DNA of 63,960 nucleotides, filler included, from Lama guanicoe (GCA_013239625.1; 173 parts of 173 records of this genome joined end to end with filler, not necessarily neighbours in it); one strand, 5' to 3'. Counted from the whole stretch's first letter, positions 25,893-37,819 are shown. The notes: a model not told the origin generated them from the sequence alone. Numbers and translations are program-made.

Positions 25893-26162
25893 AAAAAGAC
25901 ACATGCACCCCAATGTTCATAGTAACACTACAATAGCCAGGACATGGAAGCGACCTAAATGTCAATTGACAGATGACTGGATAAAGAAGATGTGGTTTGT
26001 ATGTGTATACACACACACAATGGAATACTATTCAGCCATTAAACATCTAAATAATTCCATTTGAAGCAAGATAGATGGACCTAGAGATGATCATATTAAG
26101 TGAAGTAAGTCAAAGGAAGACAAATACCATATGATATCACTTATATGTGGAATCTAAAAAAA
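25893..26162 (+). mobile_element. L1 ORF2 C-terminus
   Basis: AAAGACACATGCACCCCAATGTTCATAG..ATGGAATACTATTCAGCC..GATGGACCTAGAGATGATCATATTAAGTGAAGTAAGTC. Confidence 0.92.
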
Positions 26163-26262
26163 NNNNNNNNNNNNNNNNNNNNNNNNNNNNNNNNNNNNNN
26201 NNNNNNTTAATTAATTAANNNNNNNNNNNNNNNNNNNNNNNNNNNNNNNNNNNNNNNNNNNN

Positions 26263-26532
26263 CTGCTAATATCTTGCATTGTCCAGGTCCATTTGAGCAA
26301 AACCGAATCCACGGGTGTAGAGTGTGGGCAATATTCAGCCAGGACTCAATGTAAGGGAATTGATCTGTGTGGCCTGGGGTTCCAGTGATTTATTTGATAG
26401 ACTGCTCCCATTGTTGCTAGGTCCGGAGTTCCTCCTGAGGGCCACCCAGCTCCAAAGGCCGGCCATTCAAGCTCACACAGTGTGGAGCCTGCCAGGGGTC
26501 ATTCAAATTCCATAGTCTCCTGAGAACCCCTT
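26263..26532 (-). mobile_element. gag: Class I (gammaretrovirus-like) ERV gag matrix fragment, decayed
   Basis: Minus strand across frameshifts reads KGFSGDYGI*MTPGRLHT/CELEWPAFGAGWPSGGTPDLATMGAVYQI/ITGTPGHTDQFPYIESWLNIAHTLHPWIRFC. This matches the gammaretroviral MA motifs CxxEWPxFxxGWPxxG and GHPDQxPYIxxW. Not found by the ORF track. Confidence 0.88.
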
Positions 26533-26632
26533 NNNNNNNNNNNNNNNNNNNNNNNNNNNNNNNNNNNNNNNNNNNNTTAATTAATTAANNNNNNNNNNNN
26601 NNNNNNNNNNNNNNNNNNNNNNNNNNNNNNNN

Positions 26633-26902
26633 CTTGTTTCCTCACCCTGACTGTGAACAACGCGCTGAGTAAGATGGCAGCGGGCCGTGCTCGTCTCGGC
26701 CAGTCATTCTCCTCGTTGGAGCGCAGAGTCAAAGGCGCGAATCCGGACACCCGCGGCCCCGGCGAACGGGAACACCAGGTGGGCTGAGCCTCGGCATGGA
26801 CTGCGTGACTAGGCCGCTTTGTCTCCAGGAATCCCGAGGCCAGGTGCGACTTCAGAGCGCGAGGAGGGCGCGCCACCTGAATGCCACTGAGACAGTAGGT
26901 GT
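26633..26902. promoter_or_regulatory. CpG-rich fragment, possible promoter/5' end
   Basis: Many CpGs and a YY1-like AAGATGGCAGC at 26671-26681. Confidence 0.5.
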
Positions 26903-27002
26903 NNNNNNNNNNNNNNNNNNNNNNNNNNNNNNNNNNNNNNNNNNNNTTAATTAATTAANNNNNNNNNNNNNNNNNNNNNNNNNNNNNNNNNNNNNNNNNN
27001 NN

Positions 27003-27025
27003 GTGTGTGTGTGTGTGTCAGATAG

Positions 27026-27060
<35 letters not shown>
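27003..27060. repeat. Compound (GT)n microsatellite
   Basis: Two GT runs separated by CAGATAGATAT. Confidence 0.95.
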
Positions 27061-27063
<3 letters not shown>

Positions 27064-27260
27064 CATTATTCTGGGTATTTCTGTACGAGTGTTCTTGGAT
27101 AATGTTAACTTTTGTAATCAGTGGACTTTGAGTAAAGCAGACTGTCCTCCATAACGTGGGCGGGCTTCGTCCAGTTAGTTGAAGACCTGAGTAGAACAAA
27201 AATCCTTCCTCTCCAGCAAGAGAGAACGCTCCAGCAGACAGACTTTGAACGTTGTCTGTG
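27061..27260 (+). mobile_element. MLT2 (ERVL LTR) fragment
   Basis: AACATTATTCTGGG..GTGGACTTTGAGTAAAGCAGACTGTCCTCCATAACGTGGGCGGGC..GTTGAAGACCTGAGTAGAACAAAA matches MLT2B/C/D. Confidence 0.85.
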
Positions 27261-27737
27261 ACATTACNNNNNNNNNNNNNNNNNNNNNNNNNNNNNNNNN
27301 NNNNNNNNNNNTTAATTAATTAANNNNNNNNNNNNNNNNNNNNNNNNNNNNNNNNNNNNNNNNNNNNAGAAGAGGGGGGAGCCCATTTTTCCAGTTCCCT
27401 GGTTTTTAAAGTCTGCACACTCCTCCTTTGAGTGAATTGTCTTTATTTGCATACCTATTTCCCTATCATAGGACATTGGACAGCATTCCACTTTCAACGC
27501 CTAAAAATTACACTCTTAAAAAGAACACATTTGAGTAGAAGTCTTTTTTCACGTCTAGCTTATTTCCAGGAATATATTTACCAAGGCGACAGGGAGATAT
27601 TTCCATAACTATTTTCTTGGGACACTTAAAAAAAAAANNNNNNNNNNNNNNNNNNNNNNNNNNNNNNNNNNNNNNNNNNNNTTAATTAATTAANNNNNNN
27701 NNNNNNNNNNNNNNNNNNNNNNNNNNNNNNNNNNNNN

Positions 27738-28007
27738 TAAGTCAGACAGAGAAAGACAAATACTGTATGTTATCACCTATACATGGAATCCAAAAAATAA
27801 AACAAACAAATGAATATAACAAAGCAGAAACAGATAAACATATATAGAAAACAAGCTAGCTGTTCCCAGTGTGGAGAGGGGAGGGAGGAGGGGCATGATA
27901 GGGGTAGGAGATTAAGAGGTATAAACTACCATGCATAAAATAAATAAGCTACAAGGACATATTGTACAGCACAGGGAATATAGCTAATATTTTATAATAA
28001 CTTTAAA
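27738..28007 (+). mobile_element. L1 ORF2 end and 3' UTR (laurasiatherian L1MA-like)
   Basis: TAAGTCAGACAGAGAAAGACAAATACTGTATGTTATCAC..ATTGTACAGCACAGGGAATATAGCTAATATTTTATAATAACT. Confidence 0.88.
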
Positions 28008-29239
28008 NNNNNNNNNNNNNNNNNNNNNNNNNNNNNNNNNNNNNNNNNNNNTTAATTAATTAANNNNNNNNNNNNNNNNNNNNNNNNNNNNNNNNNNNNN
28101 NNNNNNNACTTCAAAAGTTGGCTGTATTTTTGGATTAAATGTCAGCAAACCTCTCTCGGGGACTTAGCAAGCTCTTCTTCTGCCCCGACGGTTGGGGTAT
28201 TGGTGGTTTAACATTAGGCCTATGGTTCTTCCCTGCCTTGAAAATTGCTGACTCACAGTATATATCCCCCTATTCTTCACGGCAAGAGTTGATGTCTCCC
28301 GATAAAGTCTCTTAGGCGATATCGGGGTTTTTTTTTTGTTTTCTTGGTGACAATTATTAAATATTCAAAAGCTAATTNNNNNNNNNNNNNNNNNNNNNNN
28401 NNNNNNNNNNNNNNNNNNNNNTTAATTAATTAANNNNNNNNNNNNNNNNNNNNNNNNNNNNNNNNNNNNNNNNNNNNTGCCACAAAAATGTCTATTGTTT
28501 CTGAGAGCACCCTTACGCTTGAAATCTTTCACACTATTCCAAATAATGCTGGGTCTTCTGGGAAGAGCTTTAGACTATTTTTATTTTTAATAGCATGTTT
28601 TCTTTTGATCAAAATCTGTGAACTCCTGCTTTGGAGCTGAGTATGGGGACAGTGGCCTGCTTCTCTTGGAGTGATAGCTTTGATTTATTAACAGAACACT
28701 TGGATGGGGCAGTGTCCTCTAGTTTTTTTTGGCTTGTTTCTCCTAGGNNNNNNNNNNNNNNNNNNNNNNNNNNNNNNNNNNNNNNNNNNNNTTAATTAAT
28801 TAANNNNNNNNNNNNNNNNNNNNNNNNNNNNNNNNNNNNNNNNNNNNGGAAGGCTGGACCCACCCCAGCACCAGCAGTAGGGACAGGAACAGGAACAGGA
28901 ACTTCAGAACCATGGTCGCCTCACACTCCTGGAGGAGCCGACCCGGGAAAAGAGGGGTGGGGGGTAAATCATCACCAGAGAACCCCAGCTGCCAACTGTA
29001 GCCTCCCTGGCATATCGTCTCCCACAGGTTAACCAGAAAGATGTCCCTCTTCCAGCAAGTTCTTCCAAGTGATGAGACACTCACATATACAATTCTTCAT
29101 TAGCATGTGACTCCCACNNNNNNNNNNNNNNNNNNNNNNNNNNNNNNNNNNNNNNNNNNNNTTAATTAATTAANNNNNNNNNNNNNNNNNNNNNNNNNNN
29201 NNNNNNNNNNNNNNNNNCTGGGGCATAGGAATGTGTCCT

Positions 29240-29345
29240 AAGTGGGCTCCCGGGTTTGCCCAGGACTGGGGGATTCTTCGGACCCAGGACTATCAGTGAT
29301 AAAATCAAGACAGTCCGGGGGAAACTGGCATGGTTCGCTCCCCTC
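29240..29345 (+). mobile_element. MER81-like hAT-Blackjack MITE
   Basis: CCCGGGTTTGCCCAGGACTGGGGGATT..GGACTATCAGTGATAAAATCAAGACAGTCCGGGGGAAACTGGCATGGTT resembles MER81. Confidence 0.65.
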
Positions 29346-30703
29346 TCCCTAACACTGTAGACCTGATCTGAACATTTTCTTGCCTGGCATAGCCCTCAGC
29401 TCTGTGGCTCCTTTAGGATCATGGCAGCTTACAGCTGCAAAATGTTTTCACCCTCTTCCTACTTTGGCCATCTAGCCAGAGCAGACANNNNNNNNNNNNN
29501 NNNNNNNNNNNNNNNNNNNNNNNNNNNNNNNTTAATTAATTAANNNNNNNNNNNNNNNNNNNNNNNNNNNNNNNNNNNNNNNNNNNNACCTTTGCTTCTG
29601 CCAGGCCTTCTGTCGCCCCCTTACTGCTCTGTGACTGCGCTCAGCGCTCTCAGCACTGCTCCACAGGGAGCCATGTAGCTACTGAGTCAAGCGCAGCTCT
29701 AAGGAGCCACGCGGAGGAGAAAGACATCACACCGTCTGCAGTGAGCATAACCTGTACAGATTTGACCACGACCAACCTCATCAGGTTTAAAGACATTCCG
29801 ATGGGAATATGATTATTTGCATATTCATGAAAAGAAAAAGTTTGTTTTAAAAATCAANNNNNNNNNNNNNNNNNNNNNNNNNNNNNNNNNNNNNNNNNNN
29901 NTTAATTAATTAANNNNNNNNNNNNNNNNNNNNNNNNNNNNNNNNNNNNNNNNNNNNAGCAGCTGTCACTCTCCAGCCACTCCTGGCCATGTAGCTGCTC
30001 CTTCCTGCTCTCCTGCTCTCCTGTCTGCTTCTGATTGGATGGCTTCTCAGCCAGCAGTCCAGAGCTTCATGTCATAGACACCCATTTACATCTCCTTCTG
30101 CTGGCCCTGGGTCTCTGAGGAAGAATATCTAGAAGCCACCTCCCTGACCTCCCTGAGGGCACGTGCCCAGGTCTCTGCATCTGAGCACTGCCTTCAAGCA
30201 GAAGTGAATCGGGCCAGCTCTGCAGGTNNNNNNNNNNNNNNNNNNNNNNNNNNNNNNNNNNNNNNNNNNNNTTAATTAATTAANNNNNNNNNNNNNNNNN
30301 NNNNNNNNNNNNNNNNNNNNNNNNNNNATGAAGTGACATTTAACATATGAAACACATAACAAAAATTTGTCTTATAGCTAGATTAATTTTGATGGTATTT
30401 TTCAATTCATGTTAATATATCCAACATGCCACTTGTATAACAGACACATAGTAACACAAACAGGTAGACATTCACCAGCATCCACACCCCCTCCCCCAGG
30501 GGCTCACAGCTAGTCTGCACCTCCACTCACCTCCTGCAGGCTAGACGTGGCCCCCTGCTGTCCCCTACACAGGGTTGCTGATAGGAAAGTCTGTGAANNN
30601 NNNNNNNNNNNNNNNNNNNNNNNNNNNNNNNNNNNNNNNNNTTAATTAATTAANNNNNNNNNNNNNNNNNNNNNNNNNNNNNNNNNNNNNNNNNNNNGAT
30701 TCA

Positions 30704-30967
30704 GCTGTAGATTGGATATTTGTGTCTTCTCCAAAGTCATATGTTGAAACCTAACCTCCAATGTGATGGTGTTTGGAGGCGACGGCTTTAGGAGGTGATT
30801 CAGTCATGAGGGCACAGGACCCCCATGAATGGAATTAGTGTCCTTTATAAAAGAAACTCAGGGTTCCCTTGCCCGTCTGCCCTACAAGGGACACAGTGAG
30901 CAGGGAGCTGTGTGCATTCTGGAAGAGGGCTCTCACCAGAACCCAACTGTGTTTGTACCCTGATCGC
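30704..30967 (+). mobile_element. MLT1A/MLT1A0 (ERVL-MaLR) LTR
   Basis: TTTGTGTC..CCAAAGTCATATGTTGAAACCTAACCTCCAATGTGATGGTGTTTGGAGG..GTCATGAGGG..CATGAATGGAATTAGTG..GAGGGCTCTCACCAGAAC. Confidence 0.88.
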
Positions 30968-31524
30968 NNNNNNNNNNNNNNNNNNNNNNNNNNNNNNNNN
31001 NNNNNNNNNNNTTAATTAATTAANNNNNNNNNNNNNNNNNNNNNNNNNNNNNNNNNNNNNNNNNNNNGGATGGCCGTGAAACCCTCCCAAGCCTCTCAGA
31101 CACCCAGGACAGACATGCTTTGTGAGTCACGTGACTCTCACAGTCTACAACCAACCAACCTCTCCTCTTTTCCAATTTGATCTGTGGCAGGAGACGAAGC
31201 TTACTGCTGTGACTTCCTGCCTCTCTGCCAGGCTGTACCTACTGGAGTCAGGCGCCAGTGTGCCCTTGAAACACTTCTGTCCCTTTCACAGACTGTTACA
31301 GCCCTCCAAAGTCACCACATACCGCGGGCCCTGGCATNNNNNNNNNNNNNNNNNNNNNNNNNNNNNNNNNNNNNNNNNNNNTTAATTAATTAANNNNNNN
31401 NNNNNNNNNNNNNNNNNNNNNNNNNNNNNNNNNNNNNCCTCTGCAGAAGGAACATCGTTCAGCCTGGAACACTGTCTTGTTCTAAGTAGCTCTGTCTTGG
31501 TCTCACTCAGCATTGACGTTGCAG

Positions 31525-31645
31525 GAGGACCCGGAGCCCAGTCAGTGGCCCAGCCTGACGGCCACATCACTGTCTCTGAAGGAGCCTCCTGGGGCTGAGG
31601 TGCAGCTATTCCTACAGTGCAGCCCCTTATCTCTCCTGGTACATC
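31525..31645 (+). pseudogene. TRAV: T-cell receptor alpha variable (TRAV8-like) V exon, frameshifted and truncated
   Basis: After the acceptor TTGCAG (AG at 31523-31524) the frame reads (G)GPGAQSVAQPDGHITVSEGAS, then a 1-nt deletion near 31588, then LGLRCSYSYSAAPYLSWYI. This matches TRAV8 AQSVTQxDGHITVSExxxLELxCNYSYS..LFWYVQ, including the first Cys and conserved Trp. Homology is lost after WYI. Confidence 0.85.
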
Positions 31646-31814
31646 CGGACAATGTCGTATGAAGGGAAAAGGCTTTCTCCCCGCAGCAGTGCCCAGTTAC
31701 AGGCGTTNNNNNNNNNNNNNNNNNNNNNNNNNNNNNNNNNNNNNNNNNNNNTTAATTAATTAANNNNNNNNNNNNNNNNNNNNNNNNNNNNNNNNNNNNN
31801 NNNNNNNAAATAAA

Positions 31815-31940
31815 AAAATCAGTTTCTGAGCTTCACCAACCACATTTCAAAGCTTAATAGCCACATGTAACTAGTAGCTTCCTTATTGGTCAACATAGAT
31901 ATGTAGGCTGTTTCTGTCCTGACAAAGAGTTTTATCACCA
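31815..31940 (+). mobile_element. MER3-like hAT-Charlie MITE fragment
   Basis: AAATCAGTTTCTGAG..CACCAACCACATTTCAAAGCTTAATAGCCACATGTAACTAGTAGCT..TATTGGTCAACATAGATA. Confidence 0.7.
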
Positions 31941-32547
31941 AGTAAAGCCTTAAAGAATGAATCTACATCTCAGTCTTATTGATCTGTAATTGGATCCTTA
32001 GTTAAAAATACAGTGTTGAGCCAGAAACTTCTTGAGGGTACGTAGTACGTATCTGGTTCCCTGTTTACAATGGTGTTNNNNNNNNNNNNNNNNNNNNNNN
32101 NNNNNNNNNNNNNNNNNNNNNTTAATTAATTAANNNNNNNNNNNNNNNNNNNNNNNNNNNNNNNNNNNNNNNNNNNNTTCTTACATATTATACTTTCTTC
32201 CAATATGGAATAATATTAGCCTTCACTGTTAATTTTGTATTTTCTTAGTTCAGCTGTTTACATTTGGAATCTAATTTTTTTAGGATGTCACCTAAGAATA
32301 AACCAAGTCAAAGGGACGTGCTAAATCTAAGATTAATGACTCATACACTACAGTAATAGCATTATTCATTTTAGAGTTTATTTAAATGTAGAGTTTGATA
32401 TTCCCAAGATGTTCTATTTGTTTTACATTGGCTGTTGTTTATTTTTTNNNNNNNNNNNNNNNNNNNNNNNNNNNNNNNNNNNNNNNNNNNNTTAATTAAT
32501 TAANNNNNNNNNNNNNNNNNNNNNNNNNNNNNNNNNNNNNNNNNNNN

Positions 32548-32817
32548 TTAATCTTGGATCCTGCTACCTTGCCAAATTCTTTTATCAGCTGTAGTAAATT
32601 TCTTGTGGCGCTTTTAGGGTTTTCTATATATTGTATCATGTCATTGGCATATAGTGACAGTTTTACCTCTTCTCTTCCAATGTGGATCCTACTTATTTCT
32701 TTCTTTTGCCCCTTTGCTATGGCTAGGACTTCCAAGACTCTGTTGAATAGAAGTGGTGTGAGTGGGCGTCCTTGTCTTGTTCCAGATTTTAGTGGCAAAG
32801 CTTTCATTTTTTCACTG
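32548..32817 (-). mobile_element. L1 ORF2 reverse transcriptase fragment
   Basis: [48 protein letters not shown]. The QG(C)PLSP and YADD motifs are present, with the catalytic Asp changed to Asn. Confidence 0.95.
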
Positions 32818-32917
32818 NNNNNNNNNNNNNNNNNNNNNNNNNNNNNNNNNNNNNNNNNNNNTTAATTAATTAANNNNNNNNNNNNNNNNNNNNNNNNNNN
32901 NNNNNNNNNNNNNNNNN

Positions 32918-32970
32918 CAGGACCTCGTGCATGCTAAGCATGCACTCTGCCTCTTGAGCTATACCCTACC
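32918..32970 (-). mobile_element. Vic-1-type tRNA-derived SINE 5' end (camelid)
   Basis: Reverse complement GGTAGGGTATAGCTCAAGAGGCAGAGTGCATGCTTAGCATGCACGAGGTCCTG is a tRNA-Ala-like head with an A box. It is cut by the contig end just before the B box. Confidence 0.8.
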
Positions 32971-33187
32971 TGCTGTATATTAATCTTGTATCCTGCTACC
33001 TTGCTGAATTCATTTATCAACTCTAGTAGTTTTTGTGTTGAGTCTCTAGGGTTTTCTGTATAGAGTATCATATCATCAGCATATAATGACAATTTTACCT
33101 CTTCCCTTCCGATTTGGATGCCTTTTATTTCTTGTCTGATTGCTGTGTCTAAGACTTCCAATAGTATGTTGAATGGAAGTGGTGAGG
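32971..33187 (-). mobile_element. L1 ORF2 RT fragment (intact YADD), interrupted by the SINE
   Basis: [63 protein letters not shown]. Confidence 0.95.
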
Positions 33188-34027
33188 NNNNNNNNNNNNN
33201 NNNNNNNNNNNNNNNNNNNNNNNNNNNNNNNTTAATTAATTAANNNNNNNNNNNNNNNNNNNNNNNNNNNNNNNNNNNNNNNNNNNNTGTGTATAAATAT
33301 GCTGAACTGCACAGTGTGAGACCGTGGCCGCCTGGAGAATGCAAACAGCCCTAGGGAAGAAGGAATTCTCTCTCTGTTGAAAACAAGTAGTCTTTTCTTC
33401 AACTTGCCCATTCCAGAGCTGAACACGCTGTTAGAAGAGATAATTAGCTTGACTGTGGTGAGTGCTTCACAGTATATACCAAAATATCATGTCATACATC
33501 TTAAATAGATGCTATTTTTATTTACCATACCTCAATAAAGTTAGACAAATAAAACAANNNNNNNNNNNNNNNNNNNNNNNNNNNNNNNNNNNNNNNNNNN
33601 NTTAATTAATTAANNNNNNNNNNNNNNNNNNNNNNNNNNNNNNNNNNNNNNNNNNNNTGATGTGAAATAAAAGGAGAAGTGAACAGAAAAAGTCACTACA
33701 GTTGCCACCACTGATGAGATACTGGTAGCTCTGGATCTGAATGGTCCTGCTGAGTTGTCCCATTCATGGAAACTGTCCTGATTTTCACAGCCCCTCATCA
33801 TCCAATATTGGATATTGGCTATTGGCTTTGGGAATATGACCTTGGGGAATGGCCATGTCATGTCCTTCAGTTGAAGAGCCAAGTTCAGAGATGTCAGCTG
33901 CTTCCACCCTCAGTGGCTGGAAGAATTNNNNNNNNNNNNNNNNNNNNNNNNNNNNNNNNNNNNNNNNNNNNTTAATTAATTAANNNNNNNNNNNNNNNNN
34001 NNNNNNNNNNNNNNNNNNNNNNNNNNN

Positions 34028-34297
34028 TTTTTTTAACAAATTGAAGATTTGTGGCAATCCTGCATTCAGCGAGTTTATTAGCACCATTTTCCCAACATTT
34101 GCTGACTTCATTTTGGTAATTCTCACAAAATACCAGATTCCTTCATTATTATATTTGTTCTGGTGATCTTTCATCTTTTTTGCTACTATGACTTGCTGAA
34201 TGCTCAGATGATGATTAGAGTTTTTTAGCAATAAAATATTTTAAAATTAAGGTATATATATTATTTTTTAGACATAATGCTACTGTGCATTTAATAG
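34028..34297 (+). mobile_element. Internally deleted non-autonomous Tigger1 derivative (Tigger1a-like)
   Basis: Tigger1 5' motifs (ACAAATTGAAGATTTGTGGCAATCCTGC..GCACCATTTTCCCAACA) are fused within about 150 bp to 3' motifs (GCTCAGATGATGATTAG..TTTTTAGCAATAAA..AGACATAATGCTA). Confidence 0.78.
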
Positions 34298-36274
34298 NNN
34301 NNNNNNNNNNNNNNNNNNNNNNNNNNNNNNNNNNNNNNNNNTTAATTAATTAANNNNNNNNNNNNNNNNNNNNNNNNNNNNNNNNNNNNNNNNNNNNCAA
34401 ATGAGTTGTTATTTCTTCTCAAACAATGGCTTGGATGTTCTCAAGTGTTCATGGATGTTCTACAGTGCATAGTCAAAAATGTCTTTCCACTTATGTAAGG
34501 ATTTGTCTTTTATTTAGTATTAAAACACTTAACTGTGAGTGAGTCCGTCTTTCCCTCTACATTTTAATCCTATAGAAGAATCACTGCTTCTTATCGTTTA
34601 AACATATATAAACTCTCCTTGTTAAAAAAAGATTTCCTTGATCTGTGTTGTCTTTTAGCTACCATCCNNNNNNNNNNNNNNNNNNNNNNNNNNNNNNNNN
34701 NNNNNNNNNNNTTAATTAATTAANNNNNNNNNNNNNNNNNNNNNNNNNNNNNNNNNNNNNNNNNNNNATAATCTATTTTGATGAGTCTCTGCAGTGCTAC
34801 CACATTAACTAGATTAAGAATACATGTGGTCTTTCTGTGATCCTCAGTACAATGTTATTTTAAAAGATTATCAAAAAATGAATTACTGTGAATCCCTCAT
34901 GACTGCCTCTAACTGGGGTCATTCTTCTGTTTAATTTTGCAGTTCTGTCTCCCATCCCTTGATTAATATTTTATTCCAAATAAAATACCCTAGAAGAATG
35001 AGCTTTATGTCTGTATCAGGGGCAATATGCCCCAGTGNNNNNNNNNNNNNNNNNNNNNNNNNNNNNNNNNNNNNNNNNNNNTTAATTAATTAANNNNNNN
35101 NNNNNNNNNNNNNNNNNNNNNNNNNNNNNNNNNNNNNAATCTGTGAATAACATTTATCTTTTCAACCTCATCAGCTGGGGGACAAGATGAGTAGCCCCGT
35201 GGGAAGTAAGGTGGTTCCGTCAGTAGAAATATGACAACCTCGGACACTCCCCAAAGTCTTTCTCTGAGGATCTCCCACAAAATAATCTGAGATGTAACAT
35301 TCCAAGGCTGTGTTGGGTTCACTGGTGACCCCAGCAGCCAGCAGTCCATTGGCGCGGTGGGGAATCCCAAAGAGAGGTCTTCATGACTTAACTGAGTCTC
35401 CATCAAANNNNNNNNNNNNNNNNNNNNNNNNNNNNNNNNNNNNNNNNNNNNTTAATTAATTAANNNNNNNNNNNNNNNNNNNNNNNNNNNNNNNNNNNNN
35501 NNNNNNNGTTTGGGCTTACACGGATGCAAATAATGTTAAGTATTTTGAGGGGTAAATATCACCTCTGCGAACATGTTATTCTATTATTTCCGTAGCTTCT
35601 CATTTTTATTTTTTTAAAAATTGCTTTATTGAGATATACTCGACATACAATAAAGCGCAAATATTTAAAGTGTAAATTTGGCTAAGTTGTGACGCATGTA
35701 TGCATTCATGAAACCTTTGCCACAACTAATATAATAAATACATCTATCAGCCCTGAAAGCTCCCTCATGCCGCTTTANNNNNNNNNNNNNNNNNNNNNNN
35801 NNNNNNNNNNNNNNNNNNNNNTTAATTAATTAANNNNNNNNNNNNNNNNNNNNNNNNNNNNNNNNNNNNNNNNNNNNATCTATTGGTACAAAAGTGTTCA
35901 TTGTTGCTGTGTGGTAATAATATTCCGCAACCCACATAAGCATGGCCACCCCCGGTGGGCTGTGAGGTGTCAGGCCCCACCCTGGCACTTCACGTGTATT
36001 ATGTATGTTATGTATTTGAGCTTCCAACAATCCTGGAGCGGAGGGGCTACTCTCCCGGTGTACAGACAGGGACCCGAGGTCCTGCCAGGGTCACACTCCT
36101 GGTTAATCACAGTTCAGATCTGATTCAACCTCAGACCTCTCTGACTCNNNNNNNNNNNNNNNNNNNNNNNNNNNNNNNNNNNNNNNNNNNNTTAATTAAT
36201 TAANNNNNNNNNNNNNNNNNNNNNNNNNNNNNNNNNNNNNNNNNNNNTTTTTTTTAAGTGTTTGTTTGTTTATT

Positions 36275-36517
36275 TATTTATTTATCTCTCTTTTTTATTG
36301 AAGTATAGTTGATGTACAATAATACGTAAGTTCCCAGTGTACAACAGAGTGAGTCACAATTTTTAACAGTTATACCCCATTTATAGTTATTATAAAATAT
36401 TGGCTATATTCTCTGTACTGTACAATATATCCTTGTTGCTTATTTATTTATTTATTTATTTATTTATCTATTTTTAACATTTTTTATTGAGTAATAGTCA
36501 TTTTACAATATTGTGTC
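36275..36517 (-). mobile_element. Two stacked L1 3' ends with (TTTA)n tails
   Basis: TTTTATTGAAGTATAGTTGATGTACAATA..ATTGGCTATATTCTCTGTACTGTACAATATATCCTTG, then (TTTA)n, then TTTTTAACATTTTTTATTGAGTAATAGTCATTTTACAATATTGTGTC. Confidence 0.75.
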
Positions 36518-36987
36518 NNNNNNNNNNNNNNNNNNNNNNNNNNNNNNNNNNNNNNNNNNNNTTAATTAATTAANNNNNNNNNNNNNNNNNNNNNNNNNNN
36601 NNNNNNNNNNNNNNNNNTTTTAACCACCTAGCATCCATGTTCCTTTTCTAATAATACTCTGGTTTGGTTTTGAAAAATTACCTCACCAAGTGTGTATATA
36701 TATAGCCTATACAGGGCCTTAGTGGGTGAAAACTGAGGTACTTGACTCTGTTAATGGAAGAGCCTTCTTCTCTCTGCCTGTCAAGAGCAGGCATCTAATC
36801 CAAACTTGGCCAAATGCTGCTTTTTGCTAGGACACTGTATCCTGAGCAAATGAAGTAGGAAAGGAAGAGATTAGGAATTACCACTGGNNNNNNNNNNNNN
36901 NNNNNNNNNNNNNNNNNNNNNNNNNNNNNNNTTAATTAATTAANNNNNNNNNNNNNNNNNNNNNNNNNNNNNNNNNNNNNNNNNNNN

Positions 36988-37257
36988 AACACTTAAGGGA
37001 TTTAAAGAGGACTTAGAGAAAACAAAAAATAGCCTATGTCCTTGTATTGGAAGAATATTGTTAAAATGGCCATACCTGCCCCGAGGCATCGACAGACTGA
37101 ATGCAGATCCCTGCCAAATTACGCAGGACATCTTTCACACAACCAGAGAAAATCATCTTAAAATTTATATGGAATCAGAGAAAACCTACCATTACTGAAG
37201 CATTACTCAAGAAAAAGAACAAAGCTGGAGGAATAACCCTCCTAGACTTCAGACAGT
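36988..37257 (+). mobile_element. L1 ORF2 fragment (post-RT)
   Basis: Translation includes IVKMAILP..IPAKL..EKIILKFIWNQRKP.I..LKKKNKAGGITLLDFRQ. Confidence 0.92.
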
Positions 37258-37819
37258 NNNNNNNNNNNNNNNNNNNNNNNNNNNNNNNNNNNNNNNNNNN
37301 NTTAATTAATTAANNNNNNNNNNNNNNNNNNNNNNNNNNNNNNNNNNNNNNNNNNNNATTTAGTCCCTGGATGTGACATTTACATTCATCACAGGCTCCT
37401 TTCAAGAGACTCTAGAAATTCCTTCTCCAGTGGGGAATGAATAGATGTAGAATAACTTCTGTAACCAGTTCTATATCGCTGGATATGATTTCACTTCAGC
37501 TTTTCTTCCCAGCATTGTAAAAAGTGCTGTGTAAATGCCCTGATGAATACATCTTTTTGAACTGATTTTTTTTCTAAACGAAACGATTCCTTGAAGCTGA
37601 GTTGAGTCTGTGTGTACACACGTTTTTNNNNNNNNNNNNNNNNNNNNNNNNNNNNNNNNNNNNNNNNNNNNTTAATTAATTAANNNNNNNNNNNNNNNNN
37701 NNNNNNNNNNNNNNNNNNNNNNNNNNNTCTTCCAGTTTTTACCCATTATCCAATTTCAAGACACTTGCACATTTTTAGCTATTTGTCACAGGAGCACCCC
37801 ACTTCCCAGCACCCAAATA

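Noticed and set aside
32918..32970. Functional tRNA-Ala gene
   Set aside because: It is truncated, diverged and inserted in an L1 ORF, so it is better explained as a SINE head.
32548..33187. Apparent tandem reverse transcriptase genes
   Set aside because: These are two separate L1 ORF2 fragments covering the same RT region on unrelated contigs, not a retron, DGR or other novel RT system.
33309..33350. CACAGTG heptamer as a possible V(D)J recombination signal
   Set aside because: The nonamer match at 12 or 23 spacing is poor, and no V-region YxC motif lies upstream.
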